32,031 nt of DNA. Source: Bacillota bacterium (GTDB taxonomy: Bacteria > Bacillota > UBA4882 > UBA8346). The notes under the pieces are model-generated. The model was not told the DNA's origin, made no database searches, and worked only from the letters and a program-made list of their open reading frames with translations. Numbering within the stretch: position 1 is the stretch's first letter; every line of letters starts with the position of its first letter. This document shows, piece after piece, positions 1-8,583 of the stretch. A program made the position numbers and the translations under genes. The stretch covers positions 1 to 32,031 of the forward strand of contig JAEYRN010000089.1 in NCBI GenBank assembly GCA_023435565.1. Reading direction: 5' to 3'.

Positions 1-122
1 ACCTCGCCGTGCTTTGTAGTGTATCTTCTCCTCAAGGTAATTCTATCAAAGTGGTGAAAACCGCGCACCCTTTTTTCATTACTATTTGTGTCGCCAGCGG
101 TAGCGGCGAAATGGAGGTTAAC

Positions 123-764
123 ATGGATGTTATGATGACTGCAAAACTGGATGTCTCTTACCGCTGTCTCAAGTCCAAAGTCACGGAAGTCAAATTGGAC
201 TACCTCAAAGAAACTAAAGTTAATAAACTTCAAAACACTCAACCAATAGACACCTACAAATCTTTGACACCGAATGAAAAAGTAACCTATGACAAACCCA
301 AAGTGGACCACAAAACGATCCAACAGTTATGGGATGAAAGTGAAAAAGCCCATGCCCAGTTAAAACAAATTGTCACAGCATTGTTAAAACGCCAGGGGTT
401 AGAATTTGAAGACATCAAAGAAATTAAACCGGAAGAACTGAAGGAAATTACCATCGATGAAATGGCCAAAGAGGAAGCTGAAGATCTGCTCGAGGAAGGT
501 GGGGAATTAAGCGCCGCGAAGGTTAGCGATAGAATTGTTGACTTTGCCAAAGCAATTTCAGGCGGCGACAAGTCTAAATTGGATCTTTTAAAGGCAGCAA
601 TCGATGATGGTTTCGAAGCGGCCGGGATCGAATTCGGCGATGAATTACCGGATATTTGTGAGGAGACCTATCAGCTAACTATGGGAAAAATTGACAATTG
701 GGCTAAAGAGGATGAAACGCCGGAATGCGCTCCCACAGAGGAAGCACCTTGTTTGTCAGCTTAA
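123..764 (+). CDS. Hypothetical acidic protein. The start is uncertain because the reading frame is open to the left window edge.
   Basis: Long ORF with Glu/Asp/Lys-rich composition. The preferred start is ATG 123 with GGAGGT five nt upstream (114-119). Alternative starts are ATG 111 and GTG 9. The frame continues to base 1 with no stop, so the gene could begin outside the window. I recognise no family. Confidence 0.4.
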   Translation: MDVMMTAKLDVSYRCLKSKVTEVKLDYLKETKVNKLQNTQPIDTYKSLTPNEKVTYDKPKVDHKTIQQLWDESEKAHAQLKQIVTALLKRQGLEFEDIKEIKPEELKEITIDEMAKEEAEDLLEEGGELSAAKVSDRIVDFAKAISGGDKSKLDLLKAAIDDGFEAAGIEFGDELPDICEETYQLTMGKIDNWAKEDETPECAPTEEAPCLSA

Positions 765-791
765 ATAATTCTAACACATATAAAAGTTCTA

Positions 792-812
792 AGAGCCGAG
801 AGGCTCTTTTTC
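792..812 (+). terminator. Rho-independent terminator downstream of the first ORF.
   Basis: The arms AGAGCC and GGCTCT flank a loop GAGA and are followed by TTTTT (aagagccgagaggctcttttt). Confidence 0.6.
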
Positions 813-860
813 ATGTCTAAATCTTTGTGCTATCGGCATCAGTGAATAAGAATTTTTCAA

Positions 861-1007
861 TCATAAGTCACCAGCTCTAACGGCGGCAATCCGTCGGGCA
901 TTACTCTCCTGCTCCGAATAAGTGGGAATGATTGCGGCTGGCGTTCCGGCAAATAAACTGGTTTGGGATGAGCCGTATCCGCCGTGATGGATGATTAAAT
1001 CACTGGC
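861..1007 (-). pseudogene. C-terminal remnant (about 48 codons) of a GT1 family UDP-glycosyltransferase (MGT-like).
   Basis: The minus-strand translation is ASDLIIHHGGYGSSQTSLFAGTPAAIIPTYSEQESNARRIAAVRAGDL*. It contains the HHGGxGT...G.P....P......NA signature of the UDP-glycosyltransferase donor-binding domain. It is bounded upstream by an in-frame stop (1008-1010). No N-terminal domain is present; AT-rich promoter DNA follows. Confidence 0.6.
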
Positions 1008-1163
1008 TTATGATCCGTTCGGAAGGATTTTCAGTAAATTTGAAGAAAAATTTAGAAAAAAATAAGTATTTTGATATTTAAGCATATTATATTTAAATCT
1101 GGAAAGAATTAAAGTCTTAAACTTAAGGTAATCATCTTTCAGTCATAAGATGAGGGGACCGTT

Positions 1164-4100
1164 ATGTCTGAAATTATTGAAAAAATATTACCTGAAGGCG
1201 AAATACTCTATCAAAATCTCTTTGAATTTATCAGTGAAGGCTTGGCAATTTGTGAAATCATACCCGATCAGAACGGCGAGCCTTATGATTACCGTTATCT
1301 TGAAGTAAATCCGGCATTCGAAAAAATCATCGGGATTTCTGCCGAGCGGGTTAAGGGTAAAAAGTGCGAAGAGATTGGACCAACGGATCCACACTTATTG
1401 GAGCTCTTCGGAAAGGTGGTAACAACTGGGGAACCTGTCTCATTTAAGGAGCATTCTTCCGAATCCGGTAATTGGTTTGATTTTAAAGTATTCAGCCTCG
1501 GCGGAAAGAAGTTCGCCTTCTTATTTACGAATATTATCAAAAGTAAAAAGACGGAAGGAGAATTTAAACAACCCCAATCAAAGTTAGCACAAATAGGGGA
1601 GAGTTTAACTTGTAATTTTATGACCTTGGATCAAGAATGGAATATAGTTTATATTAATCGTTACGCTGCACGTAAGGCCGGTAGTGAACAAGAGCAATTG
1701 ATCGGCAAGAACTTTTGGACGGAGTTTCCTCAATTTATAGGGACCCAGATCGAGGAAAACTTCCGAAAGACTATGAGTGAAAGGATTTCCACCTGCTTTG
1801 AAGATAATACCCCAATATCCGGAAGTCATTATGAAATTTTTGTATACCCGGTTCCCGAAGGTATTTCCGTATATTCCTTTGACATAACCGAACGCAAGCA
1901 AATTGAAAATGAGCTTCAGGAATCGGAACGTAAAAATAAAGCGTTGATTAAATACGCCCCAACGGCCATTTTTGAATTGGATTTTCTGAGAAAAAGATTC
2001 ATATCAGTAAATGATGCGACGTGTCAATTAATTGGTTATACCCGGGAAGAACTGCTGGAGCTTAACCCCTTTGATATCCTGGATGAACAAGGTAAAATTA
2101 CATTCCAAAATAGAATTGATAAGTGGCTTAACGGTGAAAAACCGGACGAGAATGTGGAATATAAGGTGACTGTTAAAGATGGCCATCAGATTTTCGTAGT
2201 CTTAAGCGCCACATTCACCAAGGATGAAGATGATAAACCGATAGGAGCAATCGTAGTAGGTCACGATATCACTCAACGTAAACAAGTAGAAGCAGCGATC
2301 AGAAAAAGTGAAGAAAAGTTTAGAGCTCTCTCTAACGCCTCGCCGGTAGCGGTGCTGGTTTACCGGGGCAACAGGCCTTTGTATGTGAATCCGGCAGCCG
2401 AATCTATTTTCGGTTATACCAAAGATGAAATGCTCATGATGGATTACGGCGACATTGTGCACCCTGACTACTATGGAATAATCGAGAAACAAATTAGGGC
2501 GAGAATGGCTGGTGATGAAAAACAATCCCATTTTGAAGTGAAGGTAATTACAAAGACCGGTGGAGAAAAATGGCTGGATGTTTCAACCAATCTCATTTTC
2601 TATGAAGGATTCCCGGCCGGGATAATTAGTTGCATCGATATCACCGAACGCAAGCAAGGGGAAATGGTTTTTCGGGAATATACGGAGACTATCAATCGGG
2701 CACGCGAAGAAGCGGAGCGCCGGGCGGCGGAGCTGGACACCATTATCTCCTCCGTTGCCGGTGGCGTCATTATCTATGATAATTCCGGAAAAATCGTTCG
2801 TATGAACCAAATAGCCCGGGATATACTCGGATACTCTAGCAACGATTATGAAACCCCATATCAAGTTCGTTCAGAAAATCTACAGATATATAAATCCGAC
2901 GGCTCTGTTTATGAAACAGAAAAGTTGCCGCTGTACCGGGCTTTACACGGCGAGGTCATCCGGGATGAAGAAATGCTTTTAAAACGGATTGGGCAAGGAA
3001 TCTGGATTTCGGCTTCACTAGCCCCAATCTTTGACTACAATAATTGTTTGACCGGTGTCGTATTTACTTTTACCGATATTACCACACGCAAACGTAAGAC
3101 TGAAGAAATGCTGGCATCCGAAAGAAACTTGCTGAAAATAACTTTAGACTCTCTGGCTGAGGGAGTTATCGCAGTGGACGGCGAAGGGCGAATCAGGTTC
3201 ATCAATCATTCCGCCTCTGTTTTAACCGGTTATCAACCGAATGAAGCCATTGGCCAAAAAATTAACAGGATCTTTCATGTTCTTAATAACCAAACCAGCG
3301 AACCGATAACTCTTAGTGCTTATGAGAGAATTGCCGATAGCCTGATTTTAGTTAACTGTGAATTAAGGGAGATTCCGATTGCCGTCAATATTTCACCCAT
3401 AAAATCCAGCGACAATAAGGTGATCGGAATGGTAGTCGTTTTTCAAGATATTACTGAAAGACAAAAAATTGAGCAAGAACTCTTAAAAACCGAAAAATTA
3501 CAGTCTCTAGGGATTCTGGCCGGCGGTATCGCCCACGATTTTAATAATATTTTGGCTGCCATTCTAGCTAATATCCAATTAGCAATGTATAAATTGTCAA
3601 AAAACGAGAGCATCGGGATTTATCTATCCAATACCATGGATACGGCACGTAAAGCAAGCGACTTGACCAAACAATTGCTTACCTTTTCAAAAGGGGGAGC
3701 CCCGGTCAAAAAGGATTCTTCCCTGAACGATTTGATCAGGGATACTACCGAATTCGCGCTTCGTGGATCCAAAACCATAGCCGAATTCTCCATTTCAAAT
3801 GGCCTTTGGGCCGCTAGCGTAGATGAAGGTCAAATCAGTCAAGTTTTCCATAATTTAATAATTAATGCCAAACAAGCTATGCCCAAAGGCGGCGTGATTA
3901 GGATCAGTGCCGAAAATATTACTATCGGAGAGGATAAACTGTTCAATCCCGGTCATTATGTGAAAGTAGCAGTGAAAGATCAAGGTTATGGTATTCCCAA
4001 AGAACATCTTAGCAAAATCTTCGACCCTTTTTTTACCACCAAAAAGGATGGCAATGGATTGGGTCTCGCAACTTCATATTCGATTATCACCCGGCATAAT

Positions 4101-4598
4101 GGTTATCTGGAAGTTGAATCGCGGGAAGGTGAAGGGGCTACTTTCTTAATTTATCTTCCGGCGTTAAAAAAAGCGGTCTTAAATGTTGAATCGCAAAAAG
4201 AAATAGCAACCGCGAGCAGCAGTTTAAAAATATTATTAATGGATGATAATATTCAAATTTTGAATGCCGTCGGTGAAATGTTGGAACGTTCCGGACATCA
4301 AGTTGTTTTAACAACTGATGGTACTAGGGTGATCGAATGTTATCGGGAGGCTATAAACTTTAGAGAACCCTTTGATGTGGTGATTATGGATTTAACCGTT
4401 CCGGGAGGATTAGGCGGTCAAGAAGCCATTGCCCAATTGCGTGATCTTGATCCAAACATTAAGGCAATAGTTTCCAGCGGTTATGCCAATGACCCAATCA
4501 TCTCCGAATATGAGAGATTTGGCTTCCGTGGCTTTGTGATTAAACCCTATCGGTTTGATGAATTGAATGAGGTTTTAAATCGAGTGATTGAAAAATAG
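1164..4598 (+). CDS. Hybrid sensor histidine kinase with multiple N-terminal PAS/PAC domains, a HisKA-HATPase core and a C-terminal receiver domain.
   Basis: The protein is 1144 aa. It has repeated PAS-like segments, each ending in a ...DITERK... motif. The H-box is GIAHDFNNIL. The ATPase region has a GxGxG motif (DGNGLGL) in the HATPase_c domain. The receiver at the C-terminus reads LLMDDN...DVVIMDLTVPGGLGG...K. The RBS is GAGGGG, 6 nt before the ATG. Confidence 0.9.
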   Translation: MSEIIEKILPEGEILYQNLFEFISEGLAICEIIPDQNGEPYDYRYLEVNPAFEKIIGISAERVKGKKCEEIGPTDPHLLELFGKVVTTGEPVSFKEHSSESGNWFDFKVFSLGGKKFAFLFTNIIKSKKTEGEFKQPQSKLAQIGESLTCNFMTLDQEWNIVYINRYAARKAGSEQEQLIGKNFWTEFPQFIGTQIEENFRKTMSERISTCFEDNTPISGSHYEIFVYPVPEGISVYSFDITERKQIENELQESERKNKALIKYAPTAIFELDFLRKRFISVNDATCQLIGYTREELLELNPFDILDEQGKITFQNRIDKWLNGEKPDENVEYKVTVKDGHQIFVVLSATFTKDEDDKPIGAIVVGHDITQRKQVEAAIRKSEEKFRALSNASPVAVLVYRGNRPLYVNPAAESIFGYTKDEMLMMDYGDIVHPDYYGIIEKQIRARMAGDEKQSHFEVKVITKTGGEKWLDVSTNLIFYEGFPAGIISCIDITERKQGEMVFREYTETINRAREEAERRAAELDTIISSVAGGVIIYDNSGKIVRMNQIARDILGYSSNDYETPYQVRSENLQIYKSDGSVYETEKLPLYRALHGEVIRDEEMLLKRIGQGIWISASLAPIFDYNNCLTGVVFTFTDITTRKRKTEEMLASERNLLKITLDSLAEGVIAVDGEGRIRFINHSASVLTGYQPNEAIGQKINRIFHVLNNQTSEPITLSAYERIADSLILVNCELREIPIAVNISPIKSSDNKVIGMVVVFQDITERQKIEQELLKTEKLQSLGILAGGIAHDFNNILAAILANIQLAMYKLSKNESIGIYLSNTMDTARKASDLTKQLLTFSKGGAPVKKDSSLNDLIRDTTEFALRGSKTIAEFSISNGLWAASVDEGQISQVFHNLIINAKQAMPKGGVIRISAENITIGEDKLFNPGHYVKVAVKDQGYGIPKEHLSKIFDPFFTTKKDGNGLGLATSYSIITRHNGYLEVESREGEGATFLIYLPALKKAVLNVESQKEIATASSSLKILLMDDNIQILNAVGEMLERSGHQVVLTTDGTRVIECYREAINFREPFDVVIMDLTVPGGLGGQEAIAQLRDLDPNIKAIVSSGYANDPIISEYERFGFRGFVIKPYRFDELNEVLNRVIEK

Positions 4599-4610
4599 GA
4601 TTCTAATTGA

Positions 4611-6089
4611 TCAACCATCAATTACTGAATTTGAGACCTGGAAAGACCCGGTTAAGTCTTTGTGTATATTTAACCACTGTACAAGTTCGTTTGGAGTAGT
4701 TATTTTTTTGCTAAAAATGTCCATAACTAAGTCATGGGTTAAAACCGTATTAAAATCTTTTGGATAAACAATTGAATCATTATGCTTGGCCAGTTTAACT
4801 ATAAACGGTATTCGGTAATCTTCTTTACCATCGAATTTTTCGGAATCCCGGAACCAATGATCGGAAGAGATAATTATGGTTGTGTTGTCCCATATTCCCT
4901 TAATTTCCATGTCTTTACGAATTCTACTCAAAATATAATCACACAAAATTAAATTATCGGCATAATCTTTAGTTGATTGATCCCACCAGGAATGTTTATA
5001 GATAAATGGTGAATGTGGTACCGGAAAATGGATAAATATAAGGCCATATCGGGGATCTACAGCCAGTTTCCTAGCGCCGTCAAATATTTCGTTATAGGCA
5101 ATTTGGTGCTGCACATAGTGAAGTTTTAAAACATGAAAAAAACCGTAAATCTGTGTGTGAAAGTTGTCCCATAAGGTATCCTTGGAACTTACATATTGAT
5201 AACGGTAAGCACTCCAAGTGCAATAATCTAAATCTTGGCCAATTAGGCGTGAATAAGGTAAATATTCACCAATTAATGCGGTATTAACCCCCATTTTTTT
5301 GGCCCTACTGAAAACATTAGGCTGATTACCCCAATTTTCCTCGTGGTTTGACCCTTCAAAGGTTACCTTCAAAATGTCTGAACTGAAACGTTCGGTGCGG
5401 GAAATAAGTTTACCGTTAATCAGCGCCGGAATGGACCGAGTTGTGGATCTCCCTGGAGGATAAGCATTTTCAGCGAATAATGATTCTCTCTTTAAACGAT
5501 CAAATTCTAAAAGTTCTATATTTTTTGGCCTGTCGATAAATGCAATCCGCTGGTCCATTTCATCAAAAATTAACCATAATACCCTAGGTGTATTGTAATT
5601 TGGATTCATTATTTTTCTAGAAATTATCGGTAATTGTATTTCATTATCCTTATTTAAAACCCCTTGAACGGATTGACCAAGGATAATTAAGGCAAACGGA
5701 GCTAATACCAATATAAATATCATAGTAGTCTTCACCATAGAACGGCGCCATAGTAAAATTATGATAACCGCCAAAAATACTAAATTAAAAATTTTTTTGT
5801 TAATAATTTCCGGGAAACTATTGGCGATAGCACTTATGAAAGTTAATACAAATAAACACACCAATATTTTTACAACAACTACAACTATCTTATTTTTGAA
5901 TCTGCGGATTAACCAAAGACTACCCCAAATGATAAGGGTAAACAGTACTTCATTGAGAATTAATGCTAAAAAACTATTTGCTGTAGGGAAATATTTCATA
6001 CAAAATTTCGATCGGTAAAAAAAGCGTAACCAGATATTACCTAAACAAATATTTGCAAACGATAGAGATATAAGGATATCTCGGAACAT
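4611..6089 (-). CDS. Membrane-anchored sulfatase-like enzyme of the alkaline-phosphatase superfamily (LTA-synthase or phosphoethanolamine/phosphoglycerol-transferase-like).
   Basis: The N-terminal 150 aa are hydrophobic with several predicted TM helices. The soluble domain has VLWLIFDEMD metal-site-like and SSDHW motifs typical of the sulfatase fold. The RBS is GGAGGG. The gene ends only 12 nt from the kinase stop (convergent). Confidence 0.55.
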   Translation of the reverse strand: MFRDILISLSFANICLGNIWLRFFYRSKFCMKYFPTANSFLALILNEVLFTLIIWGSLWLIRRFKNKIVVVVVKILVCLFVLTFISAIANSFPEIINKKIFNLVFLAVIIILLWRRSMVKTTMIFILVLAPFALIILGQSVQGVLNKDNEIQLPIISRKIMNPNYNTPRVLWLIFDEMDQRIAFIDRPKNIELLEFDRLKRESLFAENAYPPGRSTTRSIPALINGKLISRTERFSSDILKVTFEGSNHEENWGNQPNVFSRAKKMGVNTALIGEYLPYSRLIGQDLDYCTWSAYRYQYVSSKDTLWDNFHTQIYGFFHVLKLHYVQHQIAYNEIFDGARKLAVDPRYGLIFIHFPVPHSPFIYKHSWWDQSTKDYADNLILCDYILSRIRKDMEIKGIWDNTTIIISSDHWFRDSEKFDGKEDYRIPFIVKLAKHNDSIVYPKDFNTVLTHDLVMDIFSKKITTPNELVQWLNIHKDLTGSFQVSNSVIDG

Positions 6090-6554
6090 CTTAAAACCCT
6101 CCGGTAAATTTATTAACTTGTGATATTTTACCAGGGAAACTAACGCATTAATTTATATTAGGTTCCCAAGATTAGGATATTTTATATAAATTATCATGAT
6201 AAATCCACTTATGGATGTTACTAGAAGTGATAGTTTATAATTGATTTTAGTGTATATTCCAGGACCTCACATCTACTAAAAGTATAATTTTTATATACGA
6301 AAAATGAGGGAGCTCATTATAATACTTTTGAGGATTGTCTAGTTCCACGTATAGCGGCAAATTAATTTGAGGAATGGTAACTTTATAATCCTGATGTGGG
6401 CATCAGGCATTATTAAAGTGGTTTATGAACGGAACTACAATAAAGCAGGTATTAGGAATATTATACGGAATCATTAATCAATGAAACATTGTGAGCTAAA
6501 TATGAAAAAACAAGAATACAATGAGGGTTATTTGGTAATTGGGGGTAAGTGGTA

Positions 6555-8150
6555 ATGAGATTATGGAATAGTTTATTTTTGTTTCTGTTAGTATTAACTA
6601 TGATTAACCCCTTGGTTTTGGGTAGCAACGATCTTAATTTGGAAGAAGAGCAAACATTGGCCCAAGTCGAAAATCCCAATGACTATTGGCCCGATGCTGA
6701 ATGGAGACGGTCCACTCCCGAAGAACAAGGGATGAACCTCGAGCCCCTTATTCGCATGATTAAGTATCTTCAAAATGAACAAAAAGATATCCACAGTTTA
6801 CTTATTATCCGTAATGGGTACCTAATTAATGAAACATATTTTTATCCATATCAAAAGGACTTCAAACACGTAATTAACTCTTGCACCAAAAGCGTTACTT
6901 CGGCCCTGATTGGGATAGCCATCGAAGAAGGTTACCTAAAGAGTGTTAATGAACCAGTACTGCCTTATTTTACGGATTTAAAGGTTGAACAGATTGACGC
7001 TCAAAAAGAAGCTTTAACTATAGAACATCTTTTGACAATGGCCACCGGCTTGGATTGGGTTGAAGACGGATCCTACGGCAGCGAGCGTGATTCTTGGACC
7101 CAAATGTGGCAGAGTCCGAATCAAATCCAATATATTCTTAACCGACCGATGCAAAGCGAACCGGGTCAATCCTTTTATTACTGTACCGGCGCATCCCATC
7201 TGCTGTCGGGGATTTTACAGCGGGTAACGGGTAAGAACGCTTTTAGGTACGGGCAGGAAAAACTATTTGAACCCATGGGGATTAGGGATATTTATTGGCA
7301 GACCGACCTGAACGGAGTAAATGTCGGAGGAGGCGGGTTATACATGACTCCCGCCGATATGGCCAAATTCGGCTATCTTTACTTAAAAAAAGGGAAATGG
7401 AACGGCAAGCAGCTTATACCGGAACATTGGATTGAGGTATCAACTCAAAAGCAGATTAACACGCCTTATGGTTTGGCTGGGCGTTACGGATACGCCTATC
7501 AATGGTGGATCAACCGATTCGGTGGTTATTCGGCCAGAGGATACGGCGGTCAATATATCTTTGTATTACCGGAATATGAGATGGTAATCGTATTTACCAG
7601 CGGCCTCCACGGCAGTGATTTCTTTCTCCCGGAATTTTTAGTCGATTCCTTTATCATACCGGCGATTCAACCACTTGCTTTGGAAAATTCCGATGTCGAT
7701 CATGAATCGGAATTAACCGAACTATTAAATGAAGTCAGCCAAGGGCCTGAGCCTAAGCTTGCGCCTGAAATGCCGGTTACTGCCCAAAGGATTTCGGGAA
7801 AGACGTTTATGATGGAAGATAACACTTCATTTTCGTTGTTATTTGAGGATGATGCTGAATGTCGCTTGAACCTCTTTATTAATGGTGTTAATTACGAGAT
7901 TCCGATAGGTCTCGATGATATCTATCGGATTGCTGATTTGGGTATCTTTGGCCCGTTACCTAATAACAATAAAGTTGCATTTAAAGGCAACTGGATTGAT
8001 AAACAGACATTTGTCATTACTTTTAAAGGTTTGGACGATGCCGACGAGTTAAAGGTCACTTATACTTTTGAAAAGGACCAGGTGAAGACAAGCACCTACT
8101 CAAAATTGGCCGGGACAATTGTTCAGGAGGGAAAAGGAATCGCTCAGTAA
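6555..8150 (+). CDS. Secreted serine hydrolase of the beta-lactamase/transpeptidase-like fold (class C beta-lactamase/esterase family) with an extra C-terminal domain.
   Basis: It has an N-terminal signal peptide (MRLWNSLFLFLLVLTMINPLVLG) and the S-x-x-K active-site motif SCTKS. Length is about 530 aa, so a roughly 150-aa C-terminal extension follows the 380-aa hydrolase domain. ATG 6555 is preferred, with GGGGG 9 nt upstream. The track's GTG 6549 is the alternative start. Confidence 0.8.
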   Translation: MRLWNSLFLFLLVLTMINPLVLGSNDLNLEEEQTLAQVENPNDYWPDAEWRRSTPEEQGMNLEPLIRMIKYLQNEQKDIHSLLIIRNGYLINETYFYPYQKDFKHVINSCTKSVTSALIGIAIEEGYLKSVNEPVLPYFTDLKVEQIDAQKEALTIEHLLTMATGLDWVEDGSYGSERDSWTQMWQSPNQIQYILNRPMQSEPGQSFYYCTGASHLLSGILQRVTGKNAFRYGQEKLFEPMGIRDIYWQTDLNGVNVGGGGLYMTPADMAKFGYLYLKKGKWNGKQLIPEHWIEVSTQKQINTPYGLAGRYGYAYQWWINRFGGYSARGYGGQYIFVLPEYEMVIVFTSGLHGSDFFLPEFLVDSFIIPAIQPLALENSDVDHESELTELLNEVSQGPEPKLAPEMPVTAQRISGKTFMMEDNTSFSLLFEDDAECRLNLFINGVNYEIPIGLDDIYRIADLGIFGPLPNNNKVAFKGNWIDKQTFVITFKGLDDADELKVTYTFEKDQVKTSTYSKLAGTIVQEGKGIAQ

Positions 8151-8165
8151 AATAGGAGTATTTCG

Positions 8166-8372
8166 ATGTATAACGGATTAATCGCCACAGTGAAAGCAAT
8201 AAGTAACGTGCCTCACGATCAAATCGATAATCTGATCAAGATTGTCAAACCTTATGATTATAAGGCCGGCGAGAATTTTTTAACTGCGGGAGAGGTCCCG
8301 ACGAAGTTCGCCTTTAACCGGCGCGGATTGTTTCGGTATTATTATATCGATGAAAAAGGCAATGATTTCTAA
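8166..8372 (+). pseudogene. Truncated Crp/Fnr-family regulator. Only the first part of the cNMP-binding domain remains (68 codons).
   Basis: The product contains KAGENFLTAGEVPTKFAFNRRGLFRYYYIDEKGND, the beta-roll start of cNMP-binding domains. It stops after 68 aa and no downstream frame continues the family (no HTH). It has its own AGGAG RBS. Confidence 0.55.
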
Positions 8373-8445
8373 TGATTGGCCCAAATGATAGCGGCCCAAC
8401 GCCTGCCGGTCAAGTCATTTTAAATATTACTAATTTCTGAAAAAG

Positions 8446-8479
8446 CTTGTTTCCTATGCTTGGGGGAAACAAGTTTTTT
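8446..8479 (+). terminator. Rho-independent terminator.
   Basis: The stems CTTGTTTCC and GGAAACAAG are followed by TTTTTT. It is preceded by an A-tract, so it may act in both directions. Confidence 0.6.
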
Positions 8480-8583
8480 ATATTAATCATTGAAAACATT
8501 TCTAACTTATGGTATTTTATTATGCAAAGTTTAATATTGATGCAAAGCAGTAAAATTATTTATTATTGAAAAGAGGCAACATT

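Noticed and set aside
287-571. Antisense and overlapping ORFs inside large well-supported genes. These are 287-571, 1188-1901, 2202-2864, 5761-6018, 8907-9152, 9706-10171, 11301-11501, 12578-12895, 13897-14181, 16964-17170, 20533-21003, 21324-21715, 22211-23990, 25701-26629, 26999-27193, 27962-28168 and 30605-30823.
   Set aside because: All lie within, and opposite to or out of frame with, CDSs that have clear family signatures. They are Ser/Leu/Arg-rich mirror-frame artefacts with no RBS.
1021-1163. A promoter for the hybrid kinase (TTGATA ... TATATT).
   Set aside because: The region is AT-rich with several equally plausible hexamer pairs. The spacing for the best pair is 14 nt, not 17. That is too ambiguous to call a specific promoter.
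6090-6548. The 460-bp divergent intergenic region as a riboswitch or sRNA locus (small hairpins at about 6303-6318 and 6372-6393).
   Set aside because: The hairpins are short. I recognise no riboswitch consensus (T-box, SAM, TPP, c-di-AMP and others). It is most simply two divergent AT-rich promoters.
6461-6679. A 72-aa minus-strand ORF overlapping the start of the beta-lactamase-fold gene.
   Set aside because: It is antisense to a well-supported signal-peptide-encoding start and has no RBS.
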